DNA of 64,000 nt from assembly GCA_945786935.1 (NCBI GenBank), contig CALZFY010000002.1, positions 3,502-67,501 on the forward strand, read 5' to 3'. Under the pieces are notes generated by a model. That model saw only the letters and a list, made by a program, of their open reading frames with translations, searched no databases and was not told where the DNA came from. The position numbers were made by a program, and so were the translations under genes. Positions 1 through 9,785 of the stretch are shown one piece after another. Within the stretch, counting starts at the first letter, position 1; each line of letters starts with the position of its first letter. Origin of the DNA: an uncultured Lachnoclostridium sp. (GTDB lineage Bacteria; Bacillota; Clostridia; Lachnospirales; Lachnospiraceae).

Positions 1-828
1 CTGGAGTATTTAAATACAGCCGGTTCTGTAAAAGATCGTGTGGCATTGTCCATGATCGAGGATGCGGAAGAAAAAGGAATCTTAAAAGAGGGGGCAACCA
101 TTATCGAGCCAACCTCCGGAAATACAGGAATCGGCCTTGCCATGGTGGCAGCTGCCAAAGGCTATCATGCGATTTTAACATTACCGGAAACCATGAGTGA
201 GGAAAGAAGAAACCTGCTTCGTGCCTATGGTGCCGAGCTGGTACTGACAGAAGGAGCAAAGGGCATGAAAGGTGCCATTGCAAAAGCAGAAGAATTAAGA
301 GACTCTATTCCGGGTGCTGTGATCTTAGGTCAGTTTGACAATCCTGCTAATGCCCAGGCGCATAGAAAAACCACAGGACCGGAAATCTGGGAGCAGACCG
401 ATGGAAAAGTGGATATCTTTGTGGCCGGAGTTGGAACCGGCGGAACGGTGACCGGTGTAGGCGAGTATTTAAAATCCAAAAATCCGGACATTAAGGTCGT
501 AGCTGTAGAGCCTGCCACAAGCCCGGTATTATCCGGCGGCCAGCCGGGACCTCATAAGATTCAGGGAATCGGTGCAGGATTTGTACCGAAGGTATTAAAT
601 ACCGGAATTTATGATGAGATCATTAAGATCGAAAATGAGGATGCTTTTAAAGAAGGCGGAAGATTTGCACTTAGCGAGGGGATTTTAGTAGGTATTTCCT
701 CCGGCGCGGCACTAAAAGCTGCCACAGAGCTTGCAAAACGTCCGGAAAATGCGGGAAAGAATATCGTAGTATTACTGCCGGATTCCGGGGACAGATACTT
801 GTCCACACCTCTGTTTAAATATGAATAA
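1..828 (+). CDS. cysK: cysteine synthase A (O-acetylserine sulfhydrylase), 5' end cut by window edge
   Basis: Frame 1 is open from nt 1 ([16 protein letters not shown]...). PLP-enzyme motifs [15 protein letters not shown] and GVGTGGT are present. The stop is followed by a hairpin terminator. Confidence 0.9.
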   Translation: MEYLNTAGSVKDRVALSMIEDAEEKGILKEGATIIEPTSGNTGIGLAMVAAAKGYHAILTLPETMSEERRNLLRAYGAELVLTEGAKGMKGAIAKAEELRDSIPGAVILGQFDNPANAQAHRKTTGPEIWEQTDGKVDIFVAGVGTGGTVTGVGEYLKSKNPDIKVVAVEPATSPVLSGGQPGPHKIQGIGAGFVPKVLNTGIYDEIIKIENEDAFKEGGRFALSEGILVGISSGAALKAATELAKRPENAGKNIVVLLPDSGDRYLSTPLFKYE

Positions 829-846
829 ATTGAAATCATTCAGCAG

Positions 847-875
847 AAAATGGAGCCTTTCAGGGCTCCATTTTA
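847..875 (+). terminator. rho-independent terminator after cysK
   Basis: GGAGCC / GGCTCC stem with a 6-nt loop, followed by a TTTT tract. Confidence 0.75.
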
Positions 876-897
876 GTTGCGGGACAGAGTGAATTCC
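868..897 (-). repeat. interspersed repeat, diverged copy fused to the cysK terminator
   Basis: The minus-strand read GGAATTCACTCTGTCCCGCAACTAAAATGG shares TTCACTCTGT and AACT..AAAT with the core. Confidence 0.4.
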
Positions 898-991
898 TGC
901 TTTCATCTTTTGGGGATTTCGTGCTATAATAAGCTTTAGAATGGTTTATAAAAAATATGGGATATCGAATAAAGAAAAAGGAGACTTAAAT

Positions 992-1297
992 ATGGTAAAA
1001 CATTTGATTTTATGGCAGTTAAAGGATGAACTCTCAGCAGAGGAAAAGAGCGTGATCAAGACAGAAATGAAGGCAGGACTGGAAGCTCTTGCGGGAAAAA
1101 TTCCGGGATTATTAGATGTGAAGGTTCAGATTGAAGGACTGGCTTCCTCTAATGCGGAAGTAATGCTGGATACTACATTTACAGATGAGGAAGCACTGAA
1201 GGTTTATGCGACTCATCCTGAACACGTTGCGGTAGCAGACAGTAAGGTTCGTCCGTTTACTAAGACAAGACTTTGTCTGGATTTTGAGGTAAACTAA
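992..1297 (+). CDS. Dabb (stress-responsive alpha/beta-barrel) family protein
   Basis: About 100 aa beginning MVKHLILWQLKD..., with THPEHVAV typical of Dabb proteins. GGAG lies 8 nt before ATG 992; the track ORF starts earlier at 941. Confidence 0.7.
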   Translation: MVKHLILWQLKDELSAEEKSVIKTEMKAGLEALAGKIPGLLDVKVQIEGLASSNAEVMLDTTFTDEEALKVYATHPEHVAVADSKVRPFTKTRLCLDFEVN

Positions 1298-1327
1298 AAT
1301 AAGATAAAAGAACAGGAAGGTTCGAGG

Positions 1328-3219
1328 GTGTTTGGGAAAACTGGAATTAAAAATCAAAAGTATTATCGTAGAAAGATTTTATTCCTGATATTGTTGCTCA
1401 TCTGTGTGTTTGTCAGCTTGCGGTATATCAGTATACAGGTGATGGAACTGTCAGAACGGCAGTGCGTCAATCGTTTGATGGAGAATACAGATCATTTCTG
1501 TACAGTGTTAAATCAGAGTATCGAGGACGCAAGGGATCATTTGGAGTCGCTGGCAGATGTATCGGGGGAGAATATCAACGATAAAGACAAGCTGCAGGAG
1601 ATGCTTCAGGCTTTTGAGGTTTATGGCGCTCTTTGCCGTTTGGAAATTCTTTTTCCGGATAATACTTTGATGATGTCGGGAGTAAAAGAAATTGTTCCCA
1701 CAAGTTTAAACTTTGAAGAAGAAGCTGCCAAAGGCAGTATTATTTCCCCTCCAGAATGAAGGACCCGTTGGATGGAAAGAAAGATATTTTTAAGATAGCG
1801 ATTCCTATCAAAGATGAAAACAAAACTCATGGAATTTTATATGGGATCATGGATATTGAATTGCTTACAAAAGCATTAGACCTGTCATTTTACGAGGGCA
1901 AAGCAGATTATTTTGTAATAGAACAATATAATGGTGAATTGGTTTTGGATACCAGAACCGATAATTTATCTGATGAAAATGAAAAATTCCGGGTTTCCGA
2001 GCAGGAGCAGTTGTATGAAGCTGTTTTGGGAATCAAAAAAGACCTTAGAATTGGAAAGGAAAGTTACGCTAAGCTCTATGCTAAAAAGACCGGGGAATAC
2101 ATTTTTTTAGGTTACGGAAATGTTGGTATTAAGGACTGGAGAGGTATGATCTCGGTTCCGGAAAATGTTGCATTTTCCTATGCGGATGAGACGATGCTTG
2201 CTTTGCGCGGATCCATGGTCCTCGTGTTTTTGAGCGTACTTCTGTTTATGGCATTTTCTTTAAGACAGGAATTAAAGGAAATTAAGAAGAACCAGTTTGT
2301 AATGCAGATGCAGTCCCTTTTGATGCAGGCGCAGCGAACAGAACAGGACTTTGAACAGGCATTGCTTACTGTCAAGGATAAATTTTTGGGAGAAATCATT
2401 TTTCTTACGAATTTCAATGAATCTACAGAGAAGCTTCTGGTTATGGGAAATACAAGTATTGAAGAGGAGCTTCAGGACTCTTCCAAAGAGTTTATCAGAG
2501 AAATGACTGCTTATGCGAAACAGAGCGGGAAAGGGGAGATCCTTTCACCGGGAAGTGTTATGGCGAGAAACTGTCCATTTACCACCGGTCTTTGTATGAA
2601 GTACCATATGGACAATATGATCTTCCTGCCAATGTATACTCCTGATGGAGAAGTTTCGGATATTATGGGAATCATGGGTGCAAAATCCGTATCTTATTCA
2701 TTGGAACTGTTAGAAGATTTGTCTGTTGATTTTGTTTTGACGATGCATGATTTAAAATATCTTAGGAAGATAGAAAAAGCAAGTATGGAAGATACCCTGA
2801 CCGGCACCATGAACAGGGCTAGCTATCATGAGAAAAAAGCAATGATCAAAAAGAATCCGCCGGATACCCTGGGATGTATCTATATTGATGTAGATAATCT
2901 TCATATGATCAATAATTTTTATGGTCATGACATGGGAGATGCGATGTTAAGATGTATTTGCAGTACACTGGCAGAACAATTCGGAGTCCGAAATATATAT
3001 CGTATCGGCGGTGACGAATTTGTGATCTTTAAAGAACATATTTCAGAGGTTGAATTGATTCAAAAAATGGAAAAAGCCAATGAGTTTATTATTGAAGATG
3101 ATTTCCATGTTTCCTACGGGATAGAGTGGTCTGCAAGTCCTTTTGATCTGGAAAAAATGATCAAATCAGCCGAAGACAAAATGTATGAGGCAAAGAAGCA
3201 ATATCATAGGAATTCGTAA
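1328..3219 (+). pseudogene. membrane Cache-sensor diguanylate cyclase (GGDEF), split by a 1-nt frameshift into ORFs 1328-1759 and 1756-3219
   Basis: ORF1 holds a TM helix and the first half of a Cache-like fold. ORF2 continues that fold (KDPLDGKKDIFKIAIPIKDENKTHGILYGIMDIELL), then has a second TM helix and a GGDEF domain (RIGGDEFVIF). The frames differ by one base across 1717-1759, next to a C4 run at 1746-1749. Confidence 0.6.
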
Positions 3220-3292
3220 AATTCTCAGGTGGTGTCGTGGTCTTTTGAGCTTCTGTATGGTATCCTCTACTCAAAGAAAAGGAGGGATCCTT

Positions 3293-4213
3293 ATGATGAA
3301 CCAGGAAAAGACAGGCAGATTTATCGCCGCTTTAAGGAAGGAAAAGAAAATGACGCAGGAGCAGCTGGCTGAAAAGCTGGGTGTCAGCAACCGAAGTGTT
3401 TCGAGATGGGAAAATGGGAACACCATGCCGGAGCTGTCCTTGCTGCAGGCTCTTTCGGAAAATCTTGGAGTTACAGTTTTGGAACTGTTAAACGGGGAGC
3501 GGTTGGAGAAGGCTGTTACGGAGAAGAAAAATATTGATCTGATCATTGAATTTTCAAGACAGGAAAACGAACGGAAAGCAAAACGATTGAATCGGCACTT
3601 TTTTGCCGGACTGGTATGTTTGCTGTTGGTGATTCTTCAGGAACGTTTTCATATCCTTGCATTCCTGTCGAAGCCGTCTTTGGAAAGCTTTATTTATGGA
3701 GTTTTACTGATTTTAGGCGTTTGGTTTGAAATGTGTGGGTTTTATGAGAATCTTAAAACAAAGATTTTTACACCGAAAGAGATGGAAATCATTAGCAATA
3801 CCGATGGTGCAGTACAGATGAAGACAGCCGGAGAGATGCTTCAGTTTGCCAGGAAGTATCAGAAGGCTGAATTAAAGCAGTATGAGCAGGCTTTTGGGAA
3901 AATTGCTGAAAATTTATATGAGGATGAGTGGGTATCCTTTTCCATGGTAGGAGACGGTTATACCATAGGGGACAATCCGGGACCATGGCATATTTGTGTG
4001 GCAGTTACCCCAAAACGGTTGATTCTTTGCGGCGAAAGCGTCCGGGGAAGAATATTTACCGGATATGATATGGATGATATCCGGCGAAGTGATATCAGCT
4101 CAGTAGAACTGGTTCATGGTAAAATCGTGCTGAACACAGCGCAAGGTATCGTAAAGCTGGAAGGTAAAGAGATGAATCACAGAATAGAAGAATTGAAAGA
4201 GGCTCTTTTATAG
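3293..4213 (+). CDS. XRE-family HTH protein with membrane segments and a C-terminal PH-like (YokE/bPH) region
   Basis: HTH_3 motif TQEQLAEKLGVSNRSVSRWENG and hydrophobic helices at about residues 95-150. GGAGGG precedes ATG 3293; the track ORF starts at 3185. Confidence 0.75.
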   Translation: MMNQEKTGRFIAALRKEKKMTQEQLAEKLGVSNRSVSRWENGNTMPELSLLQALSENLGVTVLELLNGERLEKAVTEKKNIDLIIEFSRQENERKAKRLNRHFFAGLVCLLLVILQERFHILAFLSKPSLESFIYGVLLILGVWFEMCGFYENLKTKIFTPKEMEIISNTDGAVQMKTAGEMLQFARKYQKAELKQYEQAFGKIAENLYEDEWVSFSMVGDGYTIGDNPGPWHICVAVTPKRLILCGESVRGRIFTGYDMDDIRRSDISSVELVHGKIVLNTAQGIVKLEGKEMNHRIEELKEALL

Positions 4214-5083
4214 AGCCTCTTTTAATAGTTTCTTCTGATATTCCGGATCTTTCGTGCTTCTCTCCAGATCATCAAAACGCTTTTCCTGAATCAGATAAGC
4301 GTTTAGCCTGTTGATCTCTTCTGCACTGATCTCATCCTGGTGATTCTGGCTTTCCAGACGCCGGATCGCTTCCCATACTGCTTCCATATCTTTAGAAGAG
4401 GTGCTGCCCTGTGCAGCATCAGATTCTTCAACATCAGCTTTTTTAGTGGCGTCATATTCTGCCAGCAGACCGGCAGGTATGGAGCCGTCTTCCCGCATGC
4501 GTCTTGGATCGTCCACATGGATCTCATAATCAGAGAGCGGTTTTCCCATCATTGTCAGAATCTGTGCTAAAGATGGGGCGTATACACAAATGGTGCCTGC
4601 CCAGTATTGCTGCCTTGTGCGGTCAATGCCGCCCGGTGCAGCAGTCATTTCCACAAAAGGAAGGAAAAGTTCCTTGATCTCACTGGTCTGGCGGGCCCAG
4701 TCCGGAAACTCGGTACCGTCAAACTGTTTGAAATTTACAAAAGGAGAAGAAGTAATGTATAAGAAGTCTTCCCATTCTTCCTCAGCTACAAATGGCTGGG
4801 ATTTCAATACGAGAACTTTGATCTTATCATTTTCCTTCCATATAACAGCAGGACAGTTGACAACATTATAGGTACGTGCCTGAGAAATCACAATCTTATA
4901 GGATTCCTCAGGTACATTGAATTTTTTTAATATAGCCTGAAAATCATCGTCCTTTGAGATGGCTACCTTTTCGGTAGTGTCCGGATATTTCTTTTCCAAC
5001 TGTCTGCTTTTGAGCCATAAGAGGAGAAACGACAGGCAAAAGAGGACGATAAGCACAGCCAATATAATAAGTCCTTCACGCAT
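4208..5083 (-). CDS. hypothetical single-pass membrane protein
   Basis: 291-aa ORF with an N-terminal TM helix (LIILAVLIVLFCLSFLLLWL). No family recognised. It overlaps 3293-4213 tail to tail by 6 nt. Confidence 0.55.
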   Translation of the reverse strand: MREGLIILAVLIVLFCLSFLLLWLKSRQLEKKYPDTTEKVAISKDDDFQAILKKFNVPEESYKIVISQARTYNVVNCPAVIWKENDKIKVLVLKSQPFVAEEEWEDFLYITSSPFVNFKQFDGTEFPDWARQTSEIKELFLPFVEMTAAPGGIDRTRQQYWAGTICVYAPSLAQILTMMGKPLSDYEIHVDDPRRMREDGSIPAGLLAEYDATKKADVEESDAAQGSTSSKDMEAVWEAIRRLESQNHQDEISAEEINRLNAYLIQEKRFDDLERSTKDPEYQKKLLKEAL

Positions 5084-5094
5084 AACAGCTTATC

Positions 5095-6390
5095 CTACAG
5101 GGCTACTGCATATTCGTAATCCAGCATAAAGTTGGTAACACCGTCCATTGCAAGTTCCTTAGCATCCAGTGGGAGTACCCCGTCACGTACCTTTGCATAG
5201 GTTAACGGCATGTACTGATGAAGCATATTCAAAGGAATCTTGTAAGTATTTAAGTTTGTAAACAGCTTGTCCATAGCTTCTAAAACTTCCGGCTGACCGA
5301 TGTAGTAACGTGCACGGTCGGAGAAGCTGTATTTTCTTGCCAGATGAAGCTGCTTTTCATCTCCGTGGTAATGTTTCTGCCAGTTGCCCGGGTTTTCTAA
5401 CATAACTTTTTCAAGAACATCGATAAAGTTAGAACGTTCTTCTTCAGGAACCAGTTCGTTTTCCATCAGACTCATAGAGAATAATGCTTCTCTTAAACCA
5501 TAGGTTAAAGCAGGACCAACCTTTAAGATGGCGATACCGTCCTGTACCATAGCTTTTAAGCATTCAGCACTCTGATAATCCGTGGAGTGTCCTTCGAAGC
5601 AAACCTCCGGGAATTCTTTTAATGCTGCACAAAGCTCTGCAGCTGCATCATGATCATATAAGAATACCTGATCGTCACCAAATTCCACACCCGGCTGAAC
5701 AACCACTGCGATCACATCGTTCATTCCGTCAGCAACACCTTCTTCTGCCCATACACGTTTGTAGGTAGCTACCGTATCCTTGAAAGCTGCTACGCTTGTG
5801 ACTGCCAGAGAGTCTTCAGCTTCCTGAGCGCCGCCCGGAATCGGAACTTCAGAACCGATCACAAAGACAGGACGGATTGCTTCCGGTTTTTCAGCTTTTA
5901 ATTCTTCATAACCTTTGATCGCTGCTTTGTAGAGTGTAGCGCCACGACGTGCGATTACTTCAGTAGAAAGAAGTCCTTCTGCATCGTCAGCAACTTTCAT
6001 GCTTGTATCGAGATGGATCTTTGTAAATCCTGCTCTTGTGTACTGATAAACAAGCTCAATAGATTTTTCCATAGCTTCTGCTTCCGGGAGATTCTGCCAG
6101 GTCAGAGGTCCTAAGTGGTCGCCGGCAAGAATTACCATCTGCTCCGGCAGATCGATCTTAGCAGCCATATCTAATACCAATTTGTAGAAATCCTTTGGAA
6201 GCATTCCTGTGTAACCGCCATACTGGTTTACCTGGTTTGCTGTTGCTTCAATAAGAACCGGCTGGTTTAAAAGCTTTGCACGGCGAAGAGCCATTTCGAG
6301 AACGAGTTCGTTTGCACTGCAATAAGACGGAATACCGCATTTGATTCCCTGTCTGCGTTTTTCCATCATCTCCTGCATTGGATGTTTCAT
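5095..6390 (-). CDS. kbaZ: D-tagatose-1,6-bisphosphate aldolase non-catalytic subunit, GatZ/KbaZ (AgaZ) family
   Basis: 431 aa with the family-typical N-terminus (GIPSYCSANELVLEMAL, IEATANQVNQYGGYTGM). It lies directly upstream of nagA on the same strand. Confidence 0.85.
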   Translation of the reverse strand: MKHPMQEMMEKRRQGIKCGIPSYCSANELVLEMALRRAKLLNQPVLIEATANQVNQYGGYTGMLPKDFYKLVLDMAAKIDLPEQMVILAGDHLGPLTWQNLPEAEAMEKSIELVYQYTRAGFTKIHLDTSMKVADDAEGLLSTEVIARRGATLYKAAIKGYEELKAEKPEAIRPVFVIGSEVPIPGGAQEAEDSLAVTSVAAFKDTVATYKRVWAEEGVADGMNDVIAVVVQPGVEFGDDQVFLYDHDAAAELCAALKEFPEVCFEGHSTDYQSAECLKAMVQDGIAILKVGPALTYGLREALFSMSLMENELVPEEERSNFIDVLEKVMLENPGNWQKHYHGDEKQLHLARKYSFSDRARYYIGQPEVLEAMDKLFTNLNTYKIPLNMLHQYMPLTYAKVRDGVLPLDAKELAMDGVTNFMLDYEYAVAL

Positions 6391-6417
6391 GTTATATTTC
6401 CTCCTGAACGATAAAAT

Positions 6418-7557
6418 TTATAATTTTGCGTCACCTTTACAATAAGTCTGAAGTACGCTGTAATCTGTGTCAAGTACAACCAGGTCTGCATCCTTGCCAA
6501 CCATGATGCTTCCCTTGCGGTCATCAATGCCTAAGCAGCGGGCAGGATTGATGGTGCATGAGTTGATTGCATAATTAAATGGAACCATAGCTTCTTCTAC
6601 AAGAATGCGAAGACCTTCATTTAATTTTAAAGTAGAACCTGCAAGTCCGCCGGTAGAAGTTAAGTGGGCACTTCCGTCTTCGTAGATTTCGATTTCATTG
6701 CCGCCGAAGATGAATTTGGAGCCTGCCGGAGAACCTTTAGCCATTAAAGCATCGGAAACCATGATGGAGTAGTCCGGTCCTTTACTCATAAAGAAATTAT
6801 TTAAAGCTGCGGTTGTGGAGTGGTTACCATCACAGATGATTTCACCGTACATGGTGCGAAGTCTGTATGCAGCACCTACCAGACCGTTTTTGCGGTGGTT
6901 AAAAGGTGTCATACCATTGTATACATGAGTCATGGAACGAGCACCGTTTGCCCATGCCATCACAGCTTCTTCATAGGTAGCAGCTGAGTGACCGATACTT
7001 ACTACGATACCCTTCTGTGCCAGATACTGTGTTAATGTAAAATCCTCATCTGTTTCTGTAGCCATGGTAATGTATTTGATATTACCCTTGGCTGCTTTCT
7101 GATAATGTTCAAACTGTTCGATGGTTCCTTTTACAATGTGCTGTTCCGGCTGAGCTCCCTTGTATACCATGTCCAGGTATGGTCCTTCAAAATGAATACC
7201 AAGGATTTCAGCACCTTCATATCCTTCTTCCATAACTTTTGCTACGTTGGCAACAGCATTGGTAAGAACTTCTTCACTCTGGGTGATGGTAGTTGCTAAG
7301 AGCGCCGTAACACCTTCAGATACGATGCCCTTTGTCCATGCGCGTAAACCTTCTTCGTTGGCATCGTTGGTATCAAAGCCGTAGGCACCATGGCAGTGGA
7401 TGTCAAGAAAACCGGGAACGATTCTCTTGTCGCCGTAGTCTACATCGACTTCTTTGGAACCATATGGAAAAACTCCTGTAATCTTTCCGTCATTCATTTC
7501 GATGGCTGCAGCGACGAACTGGTCTGCAATCCATACTTTTTTGCTTTGAATTAACAT
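6418..7557 (-). CDS. nagA: N-acetylglucosamine/galactosamine-6-phosphate deacetylase
   Basis: Amidohydrolase motifs FLDIHCHGAYGFD and GIHFEGPY. AGGAGGG Shine-Dalgarno precedes ATG at 7557; the track ORF extends to 7659. Confidence 0.9.
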   Translation of the reverse strand: MLIQSKKVWIADQFVAAAIEMNDGKITGVFPYGSKEVDVDYGDKRIVPGFLDIHCHGAYGFDTNDANEEGLRAWTKGIVSEGVTALLATTITQSEEVLTNAVANVAKVMEEGYEGAEILGIHFEGPYLDMVYKGAQPEQHIVKGTIEQFEHYQKAAKGNIKYITMATETDEDFTLTQYLAQKGIVVSIGHSAATYEEAVMAWANGARSMTHVYNGMTPFNHRKNGLVGAAYRLRTMYGEIICDGNHSTTAALNNFFMSKGPDYSIMVSDALMAKGSPAGSKFIFGGNEIEIYEDGSAHLTSTGGLAGSTLKLNEGLRILVEEAMVPFNYAINSCTINPARCLGIDDRKGSIMVGKDADLVVLDTDYSVLQTYCKGDAKL

Positions 7558-7818
7558 AAAAAACCCTCCTGTAAATTGTATTGAACTTCTTTGACGAAGC
7601 AGAATGCCAATCCATAGTGTCTGACAGTGTTTCTGATGTTTACAGTTACTTATTGACAACGAATCGACATATTAGCTGATTATATTATAGCACCTTGCAC
7701 AGAAAAAGAGTTGTATTTTTTAAACGAAAAATTATTAGTTTTAATAGGTCTATTGTTTTTTTGAGGGTTTCTGATAGAATTAGGATAACCAAAAAAGAAA
7801 ACGAAAACAGGGGGTATC

Positions 7819-9000
7819 ATGACAATGGCTATTTTTAACATTTCTGATGAAAGAATGAAAGAAACATCATCTGTATTCACTTTAAGTGAAATCTATCAGC
7901 AGCCGGCTACATGGAAAAAAACATGTGCTCAGATCGCAGGCTTCAAAACTGAACTGCAGGCATTTATCGATCAGGTAGTAAAAGCTGATGATTTTGACAT
8001 CGTATTAACAGGTGCAGGAACAAGTGAATTTGTTGGTAATTCTTTATATCAGGCACTGAACACCAAATACAATCATAAGGTAAAATCTTTCGGAACAACA
8101 GATATCGTACCGGCTCCGGAAAATTATCTTTCCAAAACAAAACCTACTATTTTAGTAAGCTTCGGACGTTCAGGAAACTCTCCGGAATCTACAGGTGCTG
8201 TTGACAATGCAGAAGCTGTTTGTGAAAACTTATACCACTTATTTGTTACATGTAACAAAAATGGTGCACTTTCCAAAATGGCAGAAACACATGACAACTG
8301 CTTCGCAATCAATTTAACAGACGAAACACATGACCAGTCTTTCGCTATGACATCAAGCTTCTCTAACATGTACCTTGCAACTTATCTTGCATTTAACTTA
8401 GACAAGTTAGATGAAATCACAGCAATCATTGACCAGATCATCGCTGCAGGTCAGGATTTCCTTGACAACAAATTCGGTCAGGTACAGGCAATCGTTGATG
8501 AATTCAACTTTGAACGTATCGTATACCTTGGAGCAGTTGGCTTAAAGGGTGTTGCTCAGGAATCTGCATTAAAAATGCTGGAATTAACAGCAGGTAAAGT
8601 TGCTACCATGTACGACACACCACTGGGATTCCGTCATGGACCAAAATCCATCATCGATGACACAACTTTAACAGTTATTTACTTAAGCGATAATGAATAT
8701 CAGCGCAAATATGAGTTAGACCTGATCAAAGAAATGGGACCACAGAGAAAAGGCAATAAGATCGTTGCAGTATACAATACAGCATGTGAAGGCCTGGATG
8801 ACCTTGTAAACTACCAGATCCAGATCAATTCCGGAGATGCAAAAGACAATGTGATCCTTGGACTTGATTTCATCTTATTTGCACAGACTCTTGCAACTAT
8901 GAAATCTCTGGCACTTGGAATTACTCCGGATAACCCATGCCCAACAGGTGAAGTTAACCGTGTTGTTAAAGGTGTAACCTTATATCCATATACAAAATAA
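7819..9000 (+). CDS. agaS: SIS-domain sugar-phosphate isomerase/deaminase, AgaS type (galactosamine-6-P deaminase)
   Basis: 393 aa with two SIS domains (LTGAGTSEFVG, VYLGAVGLKG). It is divergent from the nagA-kbaZ pair. Confidence 0.85.
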   Translation: MTMAIFNISDERMKETSSVFTLSEIYQQPATWKKTCAQIAGFKTELQAFIDQVVKADDFDIVLTGAGTSEFVGNSLYQALNTKYNHKVKSFGTTDIVPAPENYLSKTKPTILVSFGRSGNSPESTGAVDNAEAVCENLYHLFVTCNKNGALSKMAETHDNCFAINLTDETHDQSFAMTSSFSNMYLATYLAFNLDKLDEITAIIDQIIAAGQDFLDNKFGQVQAIVDEFNFERIVYLGAVGLKGVAQESALKMLELTAGKVATMYDTPLGFRHGPKSIIDDTTLTVIYLSDNEYQRKYELDLIKEMGPQRKGNKIVAVYNTACEGLDDLVNYQIQINSGDAKDNVILGLDFILFAQTLATMKSLALGITPDNPCPTGEVNRVVKGVTLYPYTK

Positions 9001-9018
9001 GATCGGGAGGACAAACCA

Positions 9019-9456
9019 ATGCTTGGATTATTAGTAACAGGCCATGGCCATTTTGCAACAGGCTTAAACTCCAGCTTAGAATTGATCGCAGGAGCACAGC
9101 CAAACGTAGCTTTAGTAGATTTTGAAGCAGATCATTCCATTGAAATTTTAAAAGATAATTTAAATAAAGCTCTGGATTCTCTGAAAGAATATGATGGAGT
9201 TTTAGTACTTTCTGACTTACCGGGTGGATCACCATTCAAAACAGCCGTAGAGTGTAAATTTGAACGCCCGGATCAGGCAATCGAAGTAATTTCAGGAACA
9301 AACCTTCCTTTACTCATTGCAAGCTCTACCATGACATCTGTATTTGACAATCCGCTTGATCTGGCAGAAGCTATGATTCCGGAAGGAAAAGACAGCATCG
9401 TTCGTTTTGAACTGGCTGCACGCGCAGAAGAACCGGAAGATGAGGATGGTATCTAA
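9019..9456 (+). CDS. PTS mannose/sorbose/GalNAc-family EIIA component
   Basis: N-terminus MLGLLVTGHGHFATG carries the phosphorylatable His. 145 aa, following agaS. Confidence 0.85.
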   Translation: MLGLLVTGHGHFATGLNSSLELIAGAQPNVALVDFEADHSIEILKDNLNKALDSLKEYDGVLVLSDLPGGSPFKTAVECKFERPDQAIEVISGTNLPLLIASSTMTSVFDNPLDLAEAMIPEGKDSIVRFELAARAEEPEDEDGI

Positions 9457-9459
9457 TCT

Positions 9460-9747
9460 ATGAATTGGGAAGTAATCTTTTGGACATGTGCTACCATGTT
9501 TGTGATTGTGATCGTGGTAGCCCTTGGCCTTGCAGTTGTTTCTGCAGTGAACGTAAGAAAACGTCGTGAAGAGCTGACAGAGGTTCATACAGAGCTGGCA
9601 ATCGGCTGTAAAGTAATCTGCTGTGGCGGTATTTACGGAAAAGTAGTTGGTATCAACGATAATGATGAGGTTGTAAATGTGGAAGTGGCAAAAGGAACGG
9701 TGATCACCATTTCCAGATATGCAATTCAGACATTATTAAAGAACTAA
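9460..9747 (+). CDS. yajC: YajC-like small membrane protein
   Basis: 95 aa with one TM helix followed by GGIYGKVVGINDNDEVVNVEVAKGTVITISRYAI, a YajC-type motif. Confidence 0.7.
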   Translation: MNWEVIFWTCATMFVIVIVVALGLAVVSAVNVRKRREELTEVHTELAIGCKVICCGGIYGKVVGINDNDEVVNVEVAKGTVITISRYAIQTLLKN

Positions 9748-9752
9748 GAATT

Positions 9753-9781
9753 AAGGGAAAGTCCGAGGACTTTCCCTTTTA
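9753..9781. terminator. bidirectional terminator between yajC and the oxidoreductase gene
   Basis: GGGAAAGT / ACTTTCCC stem flanked by an A-tract and a T-tract. Confidence 0.75.
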
Positions 9782-9785
9782 TAAA

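Noticed and set aside
1756-1759. Reading the ATGA overlap at the GGDEF locus as two genuine, translationally coupled genes.
   Set aside because: The junction falls in the middle of what reads as one Cache fold, and the downstream frame is open 39 nt before the ATG. A frameshift is more parsimonious. This is kept as an alternative in the corresponding finding.
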